Below, one piece after another: positions 1 through 14,000 of a stretch of DNA of 64,000 nucleotides. The notes beneath the pieces are model-generated. The model did no database searches. It was not told the DNA's origin and saw only the letters and a list, made by a program, of their open reading frames with translations. The position numbers and the translations under genes are program-made. Position 1 is the stretch's first letter. The number at the start of each line of letters is the position of its first letter. This DNA is from the human T2T-CHM13v2.0 reference genome, Homo sapiens: assembly GCF_009914755.1 (NCBI RefSeq), contig NC_060931.1; one strand, given 5' to 3'.

Positions 1-179
1 GGTTTCTAGCACTAACTTGGTCAGATCTCTGTTCTAGAAGAAGCTGTTCGGAGGAGAGGGCTGGATTTTCTTGGTGAGTTTGTAAATAATATTAGCAGCC
101 CCAGAGCCCAGAAACATGTGCATTTCTTTGTTGTCGGCCCATAGGGACTCTGGGCTTTAGAAGAACACAGGCAGCTGTG

Positions 180-1420
180 ACCCGCAAGTCCAGCCCTTCA
201 CTCTCCAGGCGAGCAAAGGGGAAGAAGAAGGCGGGCCAAGTAAAGGTCTTTCTGCCGCACGTGGACAACGGGCCCGGGCGGCCTTTGTAATGTTATTTTT
301 TCTTTTCTGAAGATAATTACCTAGTATTCTGCAGGTTCCTCTGGTGCAACAGAGACTGCCGCGGGGCGGGGGAGAAGGTGGTGAGGGGGGTCGCGCATCG
401 CTCAGTGCAGGTCTGTGCTTTCACTTGGCCTGCGCTCAGGTCAGTGCGCCCCTTACCGGAGCACCCATGGCCTCCCGCGTTACCCCAAATTTTGTAGGCA
501 GACTGTCAGAGTTCGAAGCCAGCTGTGTCCTCTGCGGGCCGTGTGACCCTAGGCTATCTGGGCTGCTCGGAGCCTTAGTTTCCCTAGTTGTGAAGAGGGA
601 GGGTGTGACCATGGCCCGGAGCTCTCCGAAAGGCTGTGCGGATTGCTCGGTGGCGGGATGTGGAGCGCGTCTTCTATGATGCCAGGTGCTGGCCAAGCGC
701 TCGATGCAGGCTGCTCCAGTTAGGTCGATGCGATGGCGGGAAGCACTTTCCTCTGCAATGGAGAGACGCCGACACCCCGAGCCCGAAGGCTTGCAAGGCG
801 CGCTCTCGCCACTGGGGTCGGGGATCCGTGGGTTCTCTATCCCGCTTACCCACTCCATCCTTAGCAGCTGTCGTCGGTCCCAGACCTCTACCTTGGAGAG
901 ACCAAGGCGGCCCAGAGCCCAGGAGACTACTGCGCGGTACGCCAGGATCCAGAAGTGGATTCTGACTTCTAAAGACCCCTCCCAAGCCAACGCTATCAGG
1001 GTCCCTGCAAGCGGTTGACTGTGGCGGAGGCAGAACCAAAACCTTTGCTCTGCCCGCGGCGCTCCAGCCTCTCACCCAGGACAGTGCTCTGGGCTCCAGC
1101 CGCTGCAGTGGGGTCGGGACACAGACGCCGAGTTAGAAGCCCCGCCGCTGCAGGTCCCTGCTTGGTCGGCGCGGTGACGGTGTCGCTGGCGGCGGCGGGG
1201 GCCTTCCTTTGGCTGCCCCGCCATTTAATCAGAGCTATTATCAGACAGGGCTTGCAGGATGGCGCCGGCCGAGCTTTACCCCCATTAGCACAGGGCAGGC
1301 TGGGGGCTGGGTCCTGAGGCCACCGCCGGTCCCGGCCAGCTGCAGCTTTTCTGGGGAGCTATGAGAAAGGCAGGCCTGGTGGCTCCGGCCTTCTCTACCC
1401 GGCCACTCTCAGGCTGACGA
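180..1420. promoter_or_regulatory. CpG island (promoter-like or orphan/Polycomb-type island)
   Basis: GC-rich with dense undepleted CpG, against a CpG-poor remainder. GC box GGGGCGGGG at 363-371, EGR/WT1-type GCGGGGGAG at 366-374, YY1-like CCGCCATTT at 1218-1226. Confidence 0.85.
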
Positions 1421-1439
1421 GTTATTAGAATTTTATTTT

Positions 1440-1627
1440 CTAGCTTCCCATCTGACCCTGACCAACTTCTGTGCCATTGGAGGAAATCACTGAACTTGTC
1501 TGAATCTCGGTTTCCTCATCTGTAAAATTGGTTCAGATAGATACATAACTCGAGGTTGTAGACATTAAATAAGATGAGGCATCTGAAGTGTAATGCAGGG
1601 ACCTGGCGCGCTAAATGGTGTTATTAC
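1440..1627 (+). mobile_element. MIR SINE
   Basis: MIR core 'tctcggtttcctcatctgtaaaattgg...attaaataagatga'. Confidence 0.8.
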
Positions 1628-1724
1628 TACCAACGCACTAGAATTGTATCTGCTTTTTTTTTTAAGTCCCCCTTTTTCATTAAAAAGGAAGGGAAGAGAA
1701 AGACCACGGTCAAATGTTTCAAAG

Positions 1725-1824
1725 AGGTCCAGTGGTTAAGGATTTGCTGGTTTTCCCCGCAACTGACTGGGTTCAAGTTTCACCCCCAGCATCCACTACC
1801 TATGTGACTTTGGGCAAGGCATTT
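1725..1824 (+). mobile_element. MIR SINE 5' fragment
   Basis: 'cagtggttaag...ctgggttcaa...tgtgactttgggcaag'. Confidence 0.7.
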
Positions 1825-1964
1825 CAAAGGATGAGCACTAGAACTTCATTGGACCGTCATGCACGATTCACAGCGGTGCCAGTAGAACAGTAGAATGCTG
1901 AGCACAGATTGGGCTCTCCATGCGTGTTATTAGCAAAACGTTTATGCAAACCACAAACATCAGA

Positions 1965-2246
<282 letters not shown>

Positions 2247-2780
2247 AACATCAGACTTTTAAAAGATCTACAAGCAGGCAACTTGTCTCCTAATCCTAAA
2301 GGATATTTATGTCAGGAAGGGGAGATCATCCAGGTTTAGGCTTAGAGGAAAGGGGATGCGATTCATAACAGCATCTTCTGGTCCCCATTTTTCTCTTTGC
2401 ATTTCCAGCGCAATGCCCTATTGATGCCCCACTTAAAGATAAAAGCTCAGCATCAAAATCAGTCACTATTGTTTTCAGATGTCTGGAAAAAAAGAAAGAA
2501 GCACTCACAGCAACTCCAGTATTGTCAGCATAGCTTCTAATCAGTAAAGTGTAATTAGCAAAGCAGGGCTAATTATTAAAGTGACCTTCTAAGTAGTGAA
2601 TGTTTGTGAATGGTCGTTAAGTGGGACGTGCTGGGCACAGGGCCCAACCCTATGAACTGCCTGGGGATTCTTATCATGCTCAGCTTGAGCCAGGACTGGC
2701 TCCAGCTCTCCAGTGTCCCTGCAAGCCTAGCCCTGTTTTTGGATTGACTCTCTCCTTCTGACATGTAAAGCAAGTGACTT

Positions 2781-2955
2781 ATAATAATAAGAGCTTGTAT
2801 GTGTCAGGAAGTAGCCTAAGCAACTTACCTGGATTATGTCATCTGATGCTCCTCATTTTACGGATAAAGAAATTAAGCACAGAGATGTCATGTAACTTAC
2901 TGTAAATTACACAGCAAATATGTGGTGGAGCACAGACTGAAACTAACGTCTGCCT
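2781..2955 (-). mobile_element. MIR SINE
   Basis: Antisense core 'cctcattttacggataaagaaattaagcacagaga'. Confidence 0.7.
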
Positions 2956-3592
2956 TTCTCCCAAGGTTCTTATGTTCCTACCCCCCAGCTCTATTAGCCC
3001 CTACTCTTCTGCACCCTGAAAATACTTTGACACTGATGGCAACTCAACTACTTGGGAGGAAAACAGACAGAAAACCTCAGAACATTCCTCTGCATCTAAC
3101 GAGGCACCTAGGGGTGGAGACTACCATACCTGGTAGGGGTCTGAGTACATTTGCTAATCAGCATGACTTCTTGTCATTTACCTTTGGGTCACTTCTTATG
3201 TTGTATAACTGTTAAATATATCCTATAACTAACATCTGGTGAGACCTAATGTGTGTCAAAGCCTGTAGGAGGGGTTTTTATATACATCGTTTCATTTTCA
3301 AATAAATTTCATAAATTTTATTTTATAATAAATACTGTCTGCTTTGCAAGGATGATCCAATGAGCCACACTTTTGTAAGTATTTAGAACAGAATTTATTA
3401 GAAATGACTATTGTTTATTCTTAAAATTCTGAAGAAATACATTTCTTAGGACAGTGATTTTTCAATGCATGATTCAAGGTCTATCTGAATCCAATGCACC
3501 TAAGAATTGTGTGTATTTCTTGGCTCCACCCAGAGCCCCTGGACTGTGGGCCCTAGGAGTTGAAGTGAAGAGTGGGGGGAATTTACATTTTA

Positions 3593-3940
<348 letters not shown>

Positions 3941-5744
3941 AGCTGCTGAACTCTGAGTCTTCCTTCTGGCACTACAGTCTTTCTATTGGCCACATTTAGT
4001 TTTTTACTTGACTAGAGAAAAAGAAACAGGAACTCCCCGTCTCTGCTGAGAAGCTTTTGGGATGACACAGAAAATACCACATTGCAATTTGTAACTTTCA
4101 TCATTTCTTATCACACCCTTAACCCGAAAAGGTGGCTTCTGGTTCTGATAAGTCTGTTGTTTCTCTCAAGAATGGATACTGCAGGAGCATGCATGACTGC
4201 AGAAAAGCTACCAACAACACCCCACTCCCTGCCCCCATATACACTCTACATAGAGGGCACCGTTGAGGTGACTCTCCTTAGCTTGTCTTGCTACAGAGCA
4301 AGGACCAAGACATTTCAGAATGTTTGAAAAGACCAGAAGGGTCAGTAAAATCCACCCCACCTCTCATCTTATGGATGAAGAAATTGCAAATTGAAGCCTA
4401 GGTCAGGAAGTAACAAGTCCAGAGCCACACGGTTGGTCAGGTCTTTGAATCCTGACTTCAAATTAATGCTTGACATAAGCCCTTCTACATGAACACTCCT
4501 TGGGAAAAGCAGAAAGCTCTCTCGTTTTCTACCTCTGGTTTCCTAATTTGTGCAACTATACCTCTCCTGTGTGGTGGCTCACACATATTGGGCTTTTTAG
4601 TGATGATCGTGAAGATGGAAAAACTGCTCTGAGAACTGAAACCGAATTTCGCACCATGGTTTTATTTGGCCTTGAGCAGGGAAAAAAATTTGGAGTCTTG
4701 TCCTTGCTTGCCTTCAAGGATTCAACTTCTGGTGGAGCTTCTTCTCATCTGGGTTGCACCACAGTCATCTTTGTATTTTAAATTTGACAGAACTCCACCG
4801 GGAATTCACTCTTTTGGAGGGGAGAAAATGGGGCAACACTTACATATGATCAGATAAAATGTAAGTATTTGAAACAAAACTTTTAAGGAAGAGGAGTTAG
4901 TTGAGATAATGTGTACATCAATTAGGATTCTATACTGTGAATAGCGAGAAATTATTTTCGATCTGGTTTGAATAACACAATAAATTTGTTGGCCCATCCA
5001 CTTAGTTTAAAAATAGCTTCAGGTGAAATGTGATCCAAGGATCAAAGGAAATCCTCTCTATTTCTCATCTCTGGCATCTTGGAGTTGGTGCTATTTTTAG
5101 TCAGACTTCTCTCTGGGGTCACAAGATGGCTTCAGCAGGTCTCATGGCCATATTTCTCCTTGTTTGTACCCATTAGAAAATAGTTTCTCTCTCACAGAAG
5201 CACATGCAGAGAAAGGAGTCCAAGAAATATATCTTTACATCTTATTGACCCTGATTTGGGATCAAATCAAATCAGTGCCTGCACCTAGAATCTGGGGCAG
5301 GGGAAGTCCTCCAAAACCACAGGACTGAGACCAGACAAGGGCTGAATTCATTTAGGAGAAATGAGATCACTGTTGACAAGAGAAGGGACAGTGGCCTTGG
5401 GGAGACCATCGATAGTGGTTCACCAGCATGTGCAAGGGAGGTGGGAAAGGCAGGAAGGAATATCTTTATTCACCAGCATAATTTAAAAAAGACTGGAGTA
5501 ACAGACACAATGCAAATCCCCACAATGACCAAAAATGGCAGTCAGTGAGGATTTGTCACAGCAGATTCTGTCCTCCAAACCTTATTTCTTTCCGGAACAA
5601 TTTAAATGGCCCTTTGCTAGCAGGAGAGAAATTAGGAGGCTGAGAATTAAAGCAAGGTGGGGGAAGTGGTAGGAAGAGAAAAAGTCTGTGCCGAAAAGGG
5701 ATCTCAGAGATAATGTAGTAAGGGTGGAGGGGGTGGGGCGGGGT

Positions 5745-6040
5745 GGGGGGTGCACAGTGGCTCACACCTGTAATACCAGCACTGTGGGAGGCCCAGGTGG
5801 GTGGATCACCTGAGGCCTGGAGTTTGAGACCAGCCTGGCCAACATGGTGAAACCCCATCTCTACTAAAAATACAAAAATTAGCAAGGTGTGGTGGTGCAT
5901 GTAATCCCAGCTACTCAGGAGGCTGAGGCAGGACAATCGCTTGAACCTGGGAGGCAGAGGCTGCAGTGAGCTGAGACCATGCCACTGTACTCCAGCTTGG
6001 GTGACTCAATGAGACTCCATCTCAATAAATAAATAAATAA
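5745..6040 (+). mobile_element. AluS (Sx/Sz-like)
   Basis: Alu body with (AATA)n tail; the 5' end merges into a G-run tract. Confidence 0.93.
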
Positions 6041-6189
6041 GAGATAATCTAATGTCAAACTCGTTTTAGAAGAATCTGAGGCTCTGGAATGTGACAACCA
6101 TATCCAAGATTGAGAAACTTTGCATAAAAATATTTTTTTTTCTTTTCAGGAAACCTGGATTGTATTTCTCAAATGAACCTTTGCAGAAC

Positions 6190-6822
6190 ACGGGTTGCTT
6201 CAGATGTTGCCTGTTTCTGTACCGCTCAAGAGCTAAAAATGATTTTTACATTCTCTAGTGGTTAGGAAAAGAATCCAAAGAAGACTAATATTTTGTGACA
6301 TATAATAATTATACAAAATTCAAACATCAGTGTCCAAAAATAAAATTTTATGGGAGGGATTGGCAAACCTTTTCTTTAAAGGGCCGGATAGTAAATATTT
6401 AGGTTTTGCAAGCCATATGATTTCTGTCACTATTGTCCGCCTCTGTCTTTGTAACGTAAAAGCAGCCATAGACAATATGTAAACAAATGAATATAGCTGT
6501 GTTCTGATAAAATTTAATTTGTCACATAGAAATGTAAATTTCATATAACATTCAAATATTACAAGGTATTAGTCTTCTTTTGATGTTTTTTCAGCCATTT
6601 AAAAATGCAACAACATTTCTTGGCTAGTAACCTGCACAAAAACAGGTGAGTGGCCAGACTTGGCCTGCATGGGCCATGCTTTGCAGACTCCTGTTGTATT
6701 GCCTGCCTTGGCAACACAGTGGCAAAGCTGAGTAGCTGTGACAGAGACCACATGGCCTACAAAGCCTGAAATATTTAAATATTTACTAGTTGGCCTTTTA
6801 CAGAAAATGTTTGCTGACTCTG
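6190..6822 (+). mobile_element. MER58B-like hAT-Charlie element (outer copy, split)
   Basis: 5' half at 6190-6353 and 3' half at 6694-6822, ending 'ggccttttacagaaaatgtttgctgactctg'. Confidence 0.75.
6354..6693 (-). mobile_element. MER58B-like element (inner copy, opposite orientation)
   Basis: TIR-like ends 'gagggattggcaaac' and 'tttgcagactcctg'. Degenerate 8-bp TSD TTTTATGG / TTGTATTG. Confidence 0.8.
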
Positions 6823-6827
6823 ACTCT

Positions 6828-6976
6828 AGAAGGGTTCTTTTAAACTGTAATTTACATGCAAAGCACCTGGGGATCTTGTTAAAATGTAGACTAAGTCTGG
6901 GTCAGTCCAGAGATTCTGCATTTCAACAAGTTCTCAGGTGATGTTGAGTTATTGGTCCATGGACCACATTTGGAGG
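6828..6976. mobile_element. MER5A-like hAT element
   Basis: 'cacctggggatcttgttaaaatgtaga...ttctgcatttcaacaagttctcaggtgatg...ggaccacatttg'. Confidence 0.75.
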
Positions 6977-7129
6977 ATTTTTCATTTACTCTTCTAATAT
7001 CCTGTTGTAAAATGCCTCAGAGGATCTCCTCTCTGATCATTCCCCCACTTGAATTAGAATCATTTTTGCAGGGGGATGAGAATCTGCATGTGAAATAAGT
7101 TCTCCTCTGATTCTTTTGAGAACCATTGA

Positions 7130-7463
<334 letters not shown>

Positions 7464-9050
7464 TGATCTAGATGCTTTAACAGAGATTCAATGACAAATT
7501 CATGGAGGACTGGGTATTATTAGCCAGACAGTTAACCTTGGTGCTGATGGGATTCAGGTAACTTTTATTTGACAAAGAATTAACAGCATATTTTAAAAAG
7601 TCATTAATCATCTAATTATTATGGCTGAAGGATTATTTATTTTTTGGTTAATCTCCAGAGAATGAATGCTGCTTATAGCATCTTGACTTTACATGAAGGC
7701 AGTGACTTAGGCATGCTGATTGCAAGCAAATTGATGCCGTCTTTCCCATTTGAATTGTGCATTTAGGACCTGCCAGATCTACTCATGTACAGATAGGTTT
7801 AAAGAGGAGAGATTGGGTTTTATATCCTCCATGTAGTAGCAAACCAATCCTTTCTATAAAACTCCATTAAGCCCTTTTACTGTTTCATTTCTTTTTCCTT
7901 CCTCCCCCCATTGTGTCCTTTCTTTGATGGACAATTATCTCAGATTTTTTATCTTTATTTCCAACTGTGGAAAACTTCTGAAGAATTAACCTTTCAAAAA
8001 CATGCAACTCTTATATTAGAACTAAGAAAGAGAGGAATGAAGGGCTGTTAGTGAACATGGGGCTTGGGGCTTACAGAATGTGAATCAAAACTTTGGTTTC
8101 AGTTACAGCAAGGAGCAGACAGCCTGAGAGCCTGGAAAGATGGAGAATTGAGCAGCTGTGGAAATAGAACACTCATGTCCCTAATTGAGTGGGGAATCTG
8201 CACTGTGACGTGTGATGTGTCAGACACCCTGTTCAAACCACATTCGTGACGCTGTGGATCACATGACTGGAAAAGCACTACCCGTTTTCTTTTTTTTATG
8301 CTTGTTAATGACAGAAAGCCAGCTCTCTCATTGATCTGTGCACTTGATTGTGTAAGCCAGGACCATAAGGACCATCTGCTTCTTACACGACAGAAGGTGA
8401 GTGGAGGGAAACATTTTATTTAGAGGTTACATGGAAGTTCAGGGCATGTTGAGGAATTACCAATCTACCATTATTCTAGGTTCTAGTTGCTTCAGATGAG
8501 GTCTTCATAGGCATTTTTATTTTCATTTAAATTAGCAGAATTTCTTTGGAAAAGAAAAAGTCAAGTAGACGGAATTTAATGATGACAGTCTTTCTTTGGA
8601 AAGGGAGGACTATCTTGAATGTTCTCAAATAGTTGGTGATAGCAAAAAAAAGTAATATTCTCCTACACACACACACCCCTATCTTGTCAGGGCTGGGAAT
8701 GGCGAGTACAGAGAGCCTTCTATTCTTCACTTGATGCTAACCACAATGCAGAATGATTAGCCTTCTAACTTAAAAGGCCTCAGAGTAAAAGAAACCTGAA
8801 AATGAAAATCCCCTTAGACCTCTTAGAATAAATTATGTGGATTTGCTAAGTACACAGACTGGCCCTCTTAAAAGGGAGATAACCAGTTTAACTGTTGCTT
8901 TGGAAAGATAATCCAGGAGACCAATTATGAGTCTTATTTTACATTAGTGATTTTACACCAATAAATAGAACCACCTTGAGTCCTTTGTGGAGTGTTGTTT
9001 TAAAACAAAAACCTAACAAATTTGAAATCTGTTTACATTTAAAAGATAAA

Positions 9051-9290
9051 GTAGCAAAGTGTAGTGAAGAGGCTGCCAGACTAGGAGTCAGAAAACTGGG
9101 ATTCTCCTGGCTCCTTCTGAGTGACCTGAGTAGGTCTGGGAGCCTTAGTCTTTTTCATCTGTAAGAGGCAGAGAAAAACATCTGCGTAGCCTTCCTCATG
9201 GTATTTTAAAAATTAATTGTAGTTAAAGTTCATGGCACTTTTGTGACGCACAAATGAAATAACAGATATAAAGTTCCCCTTTGAAAATTA
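9051..9290 (+). mobile_element. MIR SINE (degraded)
   Basis: 'ggagtcagaaaactggg...gtgacctgag...ttttcatctgtaa'. Confidence 0.6.
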
Positions 9291-9492
9291 CAGATGCTAA
9301 CAAAGGATATTTTGGAAGGTTACAATAGGCATATAGAAACTTTAGTTAACAGAATTTGCATGACTATTTTGACATCAAAGCATGTTTCATTTCTCTTTCT
9401 CCTACTAGCCTCAGCTTTCTTGATATAAAAAATTATATATAATGTCAAAAAGGCTTAGAGATGGATCTTTCTTGATGACTAATTATAGGTTC

Positions 9493-10332
<840 letters not shown>

Positions 10333-10599
10333 GGTTCTATCAGGGAAAGAAAATGGCAGAAATGCAGATGATAAATTCTTTTGACCAGAAAGAACTTGAC
10401 CAAGAAAGCCTGTTGGGCATATATTTCTTTACTCATCAGTTTAGCTATGATAAGGATTTAGAGGCAAAATGTCAATATATAGTAGTTTAAACTAATGACA
10501 TGTTTTGATGTTGCTATTGCCCCTGATGAATCATAGCACACAGCTGAGGCTACTGTGCAGCATGAGAAATGGAATTCACTGAGGAGCAACATATTTACA

Positions 10600-11064
10600 T
10601 GTTTTAGCTATGTTCTAGTCAGGAAAACAGAGCTCATACAATAGCTCAATAGAGGGAATTTAACATGGGGATCCAGCCACAGAGACTGAAAAAGGCAAAA
10701 GCCAAATAGGGAATGGGAAGGCAACCCAGATTAGTAATACCAAGAAGCTTCTATCACTTCTGTAACTGGAGAAATTAGGTGAGCCATGTGACAGGGACTG
10801 GAATGACAATGAAAGCTATGAGACTAGAGATGAATGCACAGAGAAGCAGCCACTGCTGGAGATGCTGTCCTAATTGGAGAGAGACGGAGAGAAATTCTTC
10901 TACAGGTGGCCTGATCTTCTGCCTGTCTCCACCATTGGTCAACTAACCAGAATCCGTTTATAAAGAGAACCTTGGAAATGTAACCTGCCAAATTTGCCCC
11001 CTTGTGAAACAGAGCAGGAGAAGGGTGGGAAATGGATCAGAGGGCAAACAAATGAGCATCACCA
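10600..11064 (-). mobile_element. ERVL-class LTR (3' LTR of the adjacent provirus remnant)
   Basis: TG...CA ends. The adjacent 11065-11076 reads as a purine-rich PPT (AAAAGAGGCAGA) on the minus strand and is contiguous with ERVL pol. Confidence 0.65.
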
Positions 11065-14000
11065 TCTGCCTCTTTTGCTACTCAGCATCTGTTCTCACAT
11101 TCCTACCTACATTTATTTCCCAGGCATGCTTCCATCATTCATACCAATGATGACTCTTACCCATCCTTGAAAGGGAAACACAAAGCCCCATCAGTCATTT
11201 CAAAGTCCATGACTACTCATTTCAAAGTGTAGAATCACCAGGTGATATATTCTATAGTCATTCTAAGTAATGCAACCACCTCTCCCATATGCCTCCTGCA
11301 GTCAACCTCATTCTTTCTAAGCCTTTGATTAATTGGGCAATATTGCCACTGCCTTTGAATAAGTGTAGATCTATACCTCAGGACATCTCTTAAGCAAAGT
11401 AAACAACAGAATATACTGCTTAAATTTGTTTTTCCACTGAGAGTTCCCTTCTTCACTGTCTGTAAGGCCTCCTTAGAGTGGAACATTAATGTCTTAGCTG
11501 GAACTCACAGTTGGAAACAGCTGATCATGCAGATTTATATGTAGACCAGGGTCAAGCGTTTTCTTCCTTCAATGACTGGCCATAGGGAACTCTTCATGCA
11601 ACCATAAAATGTACTAAAGAAGAAGTGGTGATTCACTGAAAAAGTGCCCAGGTACTCTAAGACACCTACCTGTTCAAACATTTTACTTGAGCTTTCCAGA
11701 CCTGTTCAAGTCCAAATCTATATATACCATTCCCGCTTAATGGTGCACTACATTTGTGCCCTCCCCAATTTATGGCTTCATGGGATACACAACACTTCAG
11801 TTCAATGTGAGTGGCTCTGTAGCATAGTCATTTGTGTCCTATACTTAAGCATTCAGTCTCTTCCAATACCCATTAGCAAGTGAGAAGCTATTTTCAAAAG
11901 GAAAAAAATATATATCAGCAGAATAGGACTATGGCTATGTTCCAAGATTTAGGATCTGTATAGGATCCTTCTATTGTGGCTTGCCAAAGGGCCACATAGC
12001 ATCCTAATTTGCAACAGACACTTAAAGCATTATTTTCTCTGGAAGTTCAGAAGATCTGAATTGCAGAGCAGCTTACACTCCAGCTTGGACAAACTAAAGA
12101 GGCTTCTCAAAACTAGCAGTCTTACAAGTAACTCAGTAAAATACTTGAAGCATCAAATTTAAATGTGGGACCTGCTGCCTTCAAGATGTAAATATGGCCA
12201 CTAAGCATTTTTACTACCAAGCAAGGTGAATGAACTTGTCTTTCATTTACACCAAAATGTTCTACTGTTTTTCACCAGCATGTTCCTGAACATCTGAAAC
12301 TGGCAGGAATTATGAATTTTCATGGGATTTATCTTCCACCTGCTAGAATGTCTATGTCTTACTAAGGCAGCTAAGATACTTACACTTATTGCCCGCCAGG
12401 TCCAGTCAACTTGGTATTATCAATATCATGGGGCAGCATGATGTTCTCTGGAGTGTCAAAATGATCAGGGACCTAGTGGACAATATTATGATGGAGAGCA
12501 GGAGAGTTCTCATGGCCCTGAGGAAAGACAGTGAAGTTATACTCTTGCTCCTACCAAGTGAAAGCTAATTGTGTCTTGCTATGATACCAAAACCAGACAA
12601 GGAAACTACAAAAAAAGAAAACTGCAGACTAATACTCCTGATGAACATAGATGTAATAATCTTCAACAAAATACTAGCAAACCAAAATCCAACAGCATAT
12701 CAAAAAGATAATACACCATGATCAAATGGGATTCATACCAGGGATGCAAGGATGGTTCAATATATAAATCATAAACATGATTCAACAGAATGAAGGGGAA
12801 AAAATACAATCATCTTAACAGATGCAGAAAAAGCATTTGATAAAATTCAGCATCTCTTGGTAAAAACACTCAACAAATTAGACATAGAAAGAACCTACCT
12901 CAACATAATAAAGGCCATTTATAACATACTCACAGCCAACATCATACTAAATTGGCAAAATTCCTCCTAAATTGCAAGCATTCCTCCTAAGAACTGTAAC
13001 AATACAAAGATGCCCATTTTCACCACTCTTATTTAACATAGTATTGGAAGTCTTAGCCAGAGCACTCAGGCAAGAGAAAGAAATAAAAGACATCCAAATT
13101 GGAAAAGAGGAAGTCAATTATCTGTTTGCTGATGATAGAATCTTATACCTAGAAAACTTATATTAGGCATCTTCAAAAGTTTTCTAGATATGATTTGATA
13201 AATGACTTCGATAAAGTTTCAGGATGCAAAATCAATGTACAAAAATTAGTAAGATTTCTGTACACAAATAGTGATTAATACAAGTGATTGATGTAATAAA
13301 GAACTCAATCCCAGTTACAATAGCTACAAAAAATACCTAGGAATACAGTTAACCAAGGAGATGGAAGATCTCTATAAAGAGAACTACAAAACACTGATGA
13401 ACAAAATTATAGATGACACAAACCAATGAAAAGACATTCCAAGAATGAATATTCTTCCAACCCATGATAAAACAATCATATTGCCAATAGAAATAGAAAT
13501 CTAAATTCAATGCAATCCCTATTAAAATACCAATATAATTTTTCAGAGAAATAAAAAACAAATCATCCTAAGGTTAATATGGAATAAAAAAGCCAGAATA
13601 GCCAAAATAATCCTGAACAAAAAGAACACAGCTGGAAGCATAACATTACCTGACTTTAAAATATATTGCAGGGCCATAATAACCAAAGCAGCATTGTATT
13701 GGTAAAAAAAAAAAAAAAAAAAAAAAAGACATATTGGCCAATGGAACAGAATAGAGAACCCAGAAATAAATACACATATTTACAACCAATTGATCTTCGA
13801 CAAAGTCATCATGAACATTCACTGGGAAAATGACATCTTCTACAATAAATGGTACTGGGAACACTGGATAATTGTATGCAGAAAAATGAAACTAGACCTG
13901 TCTCTCACCAATACAAAAATCAACTCAAGATGGATAAAGACTTAAATGTAATACCCAAAATTATAAAACTACTAGAAGCAAACATAGCGAAAACTCTTAA

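Noticed and set aside
344-1317. Overlapping 100-184 aa ORFs on both strands in the CpG island
   Set aside because: Expected from stop-codon scarcity in GC-rich DNA. Several start at non-ATG codons and none shows a recognisable domain.
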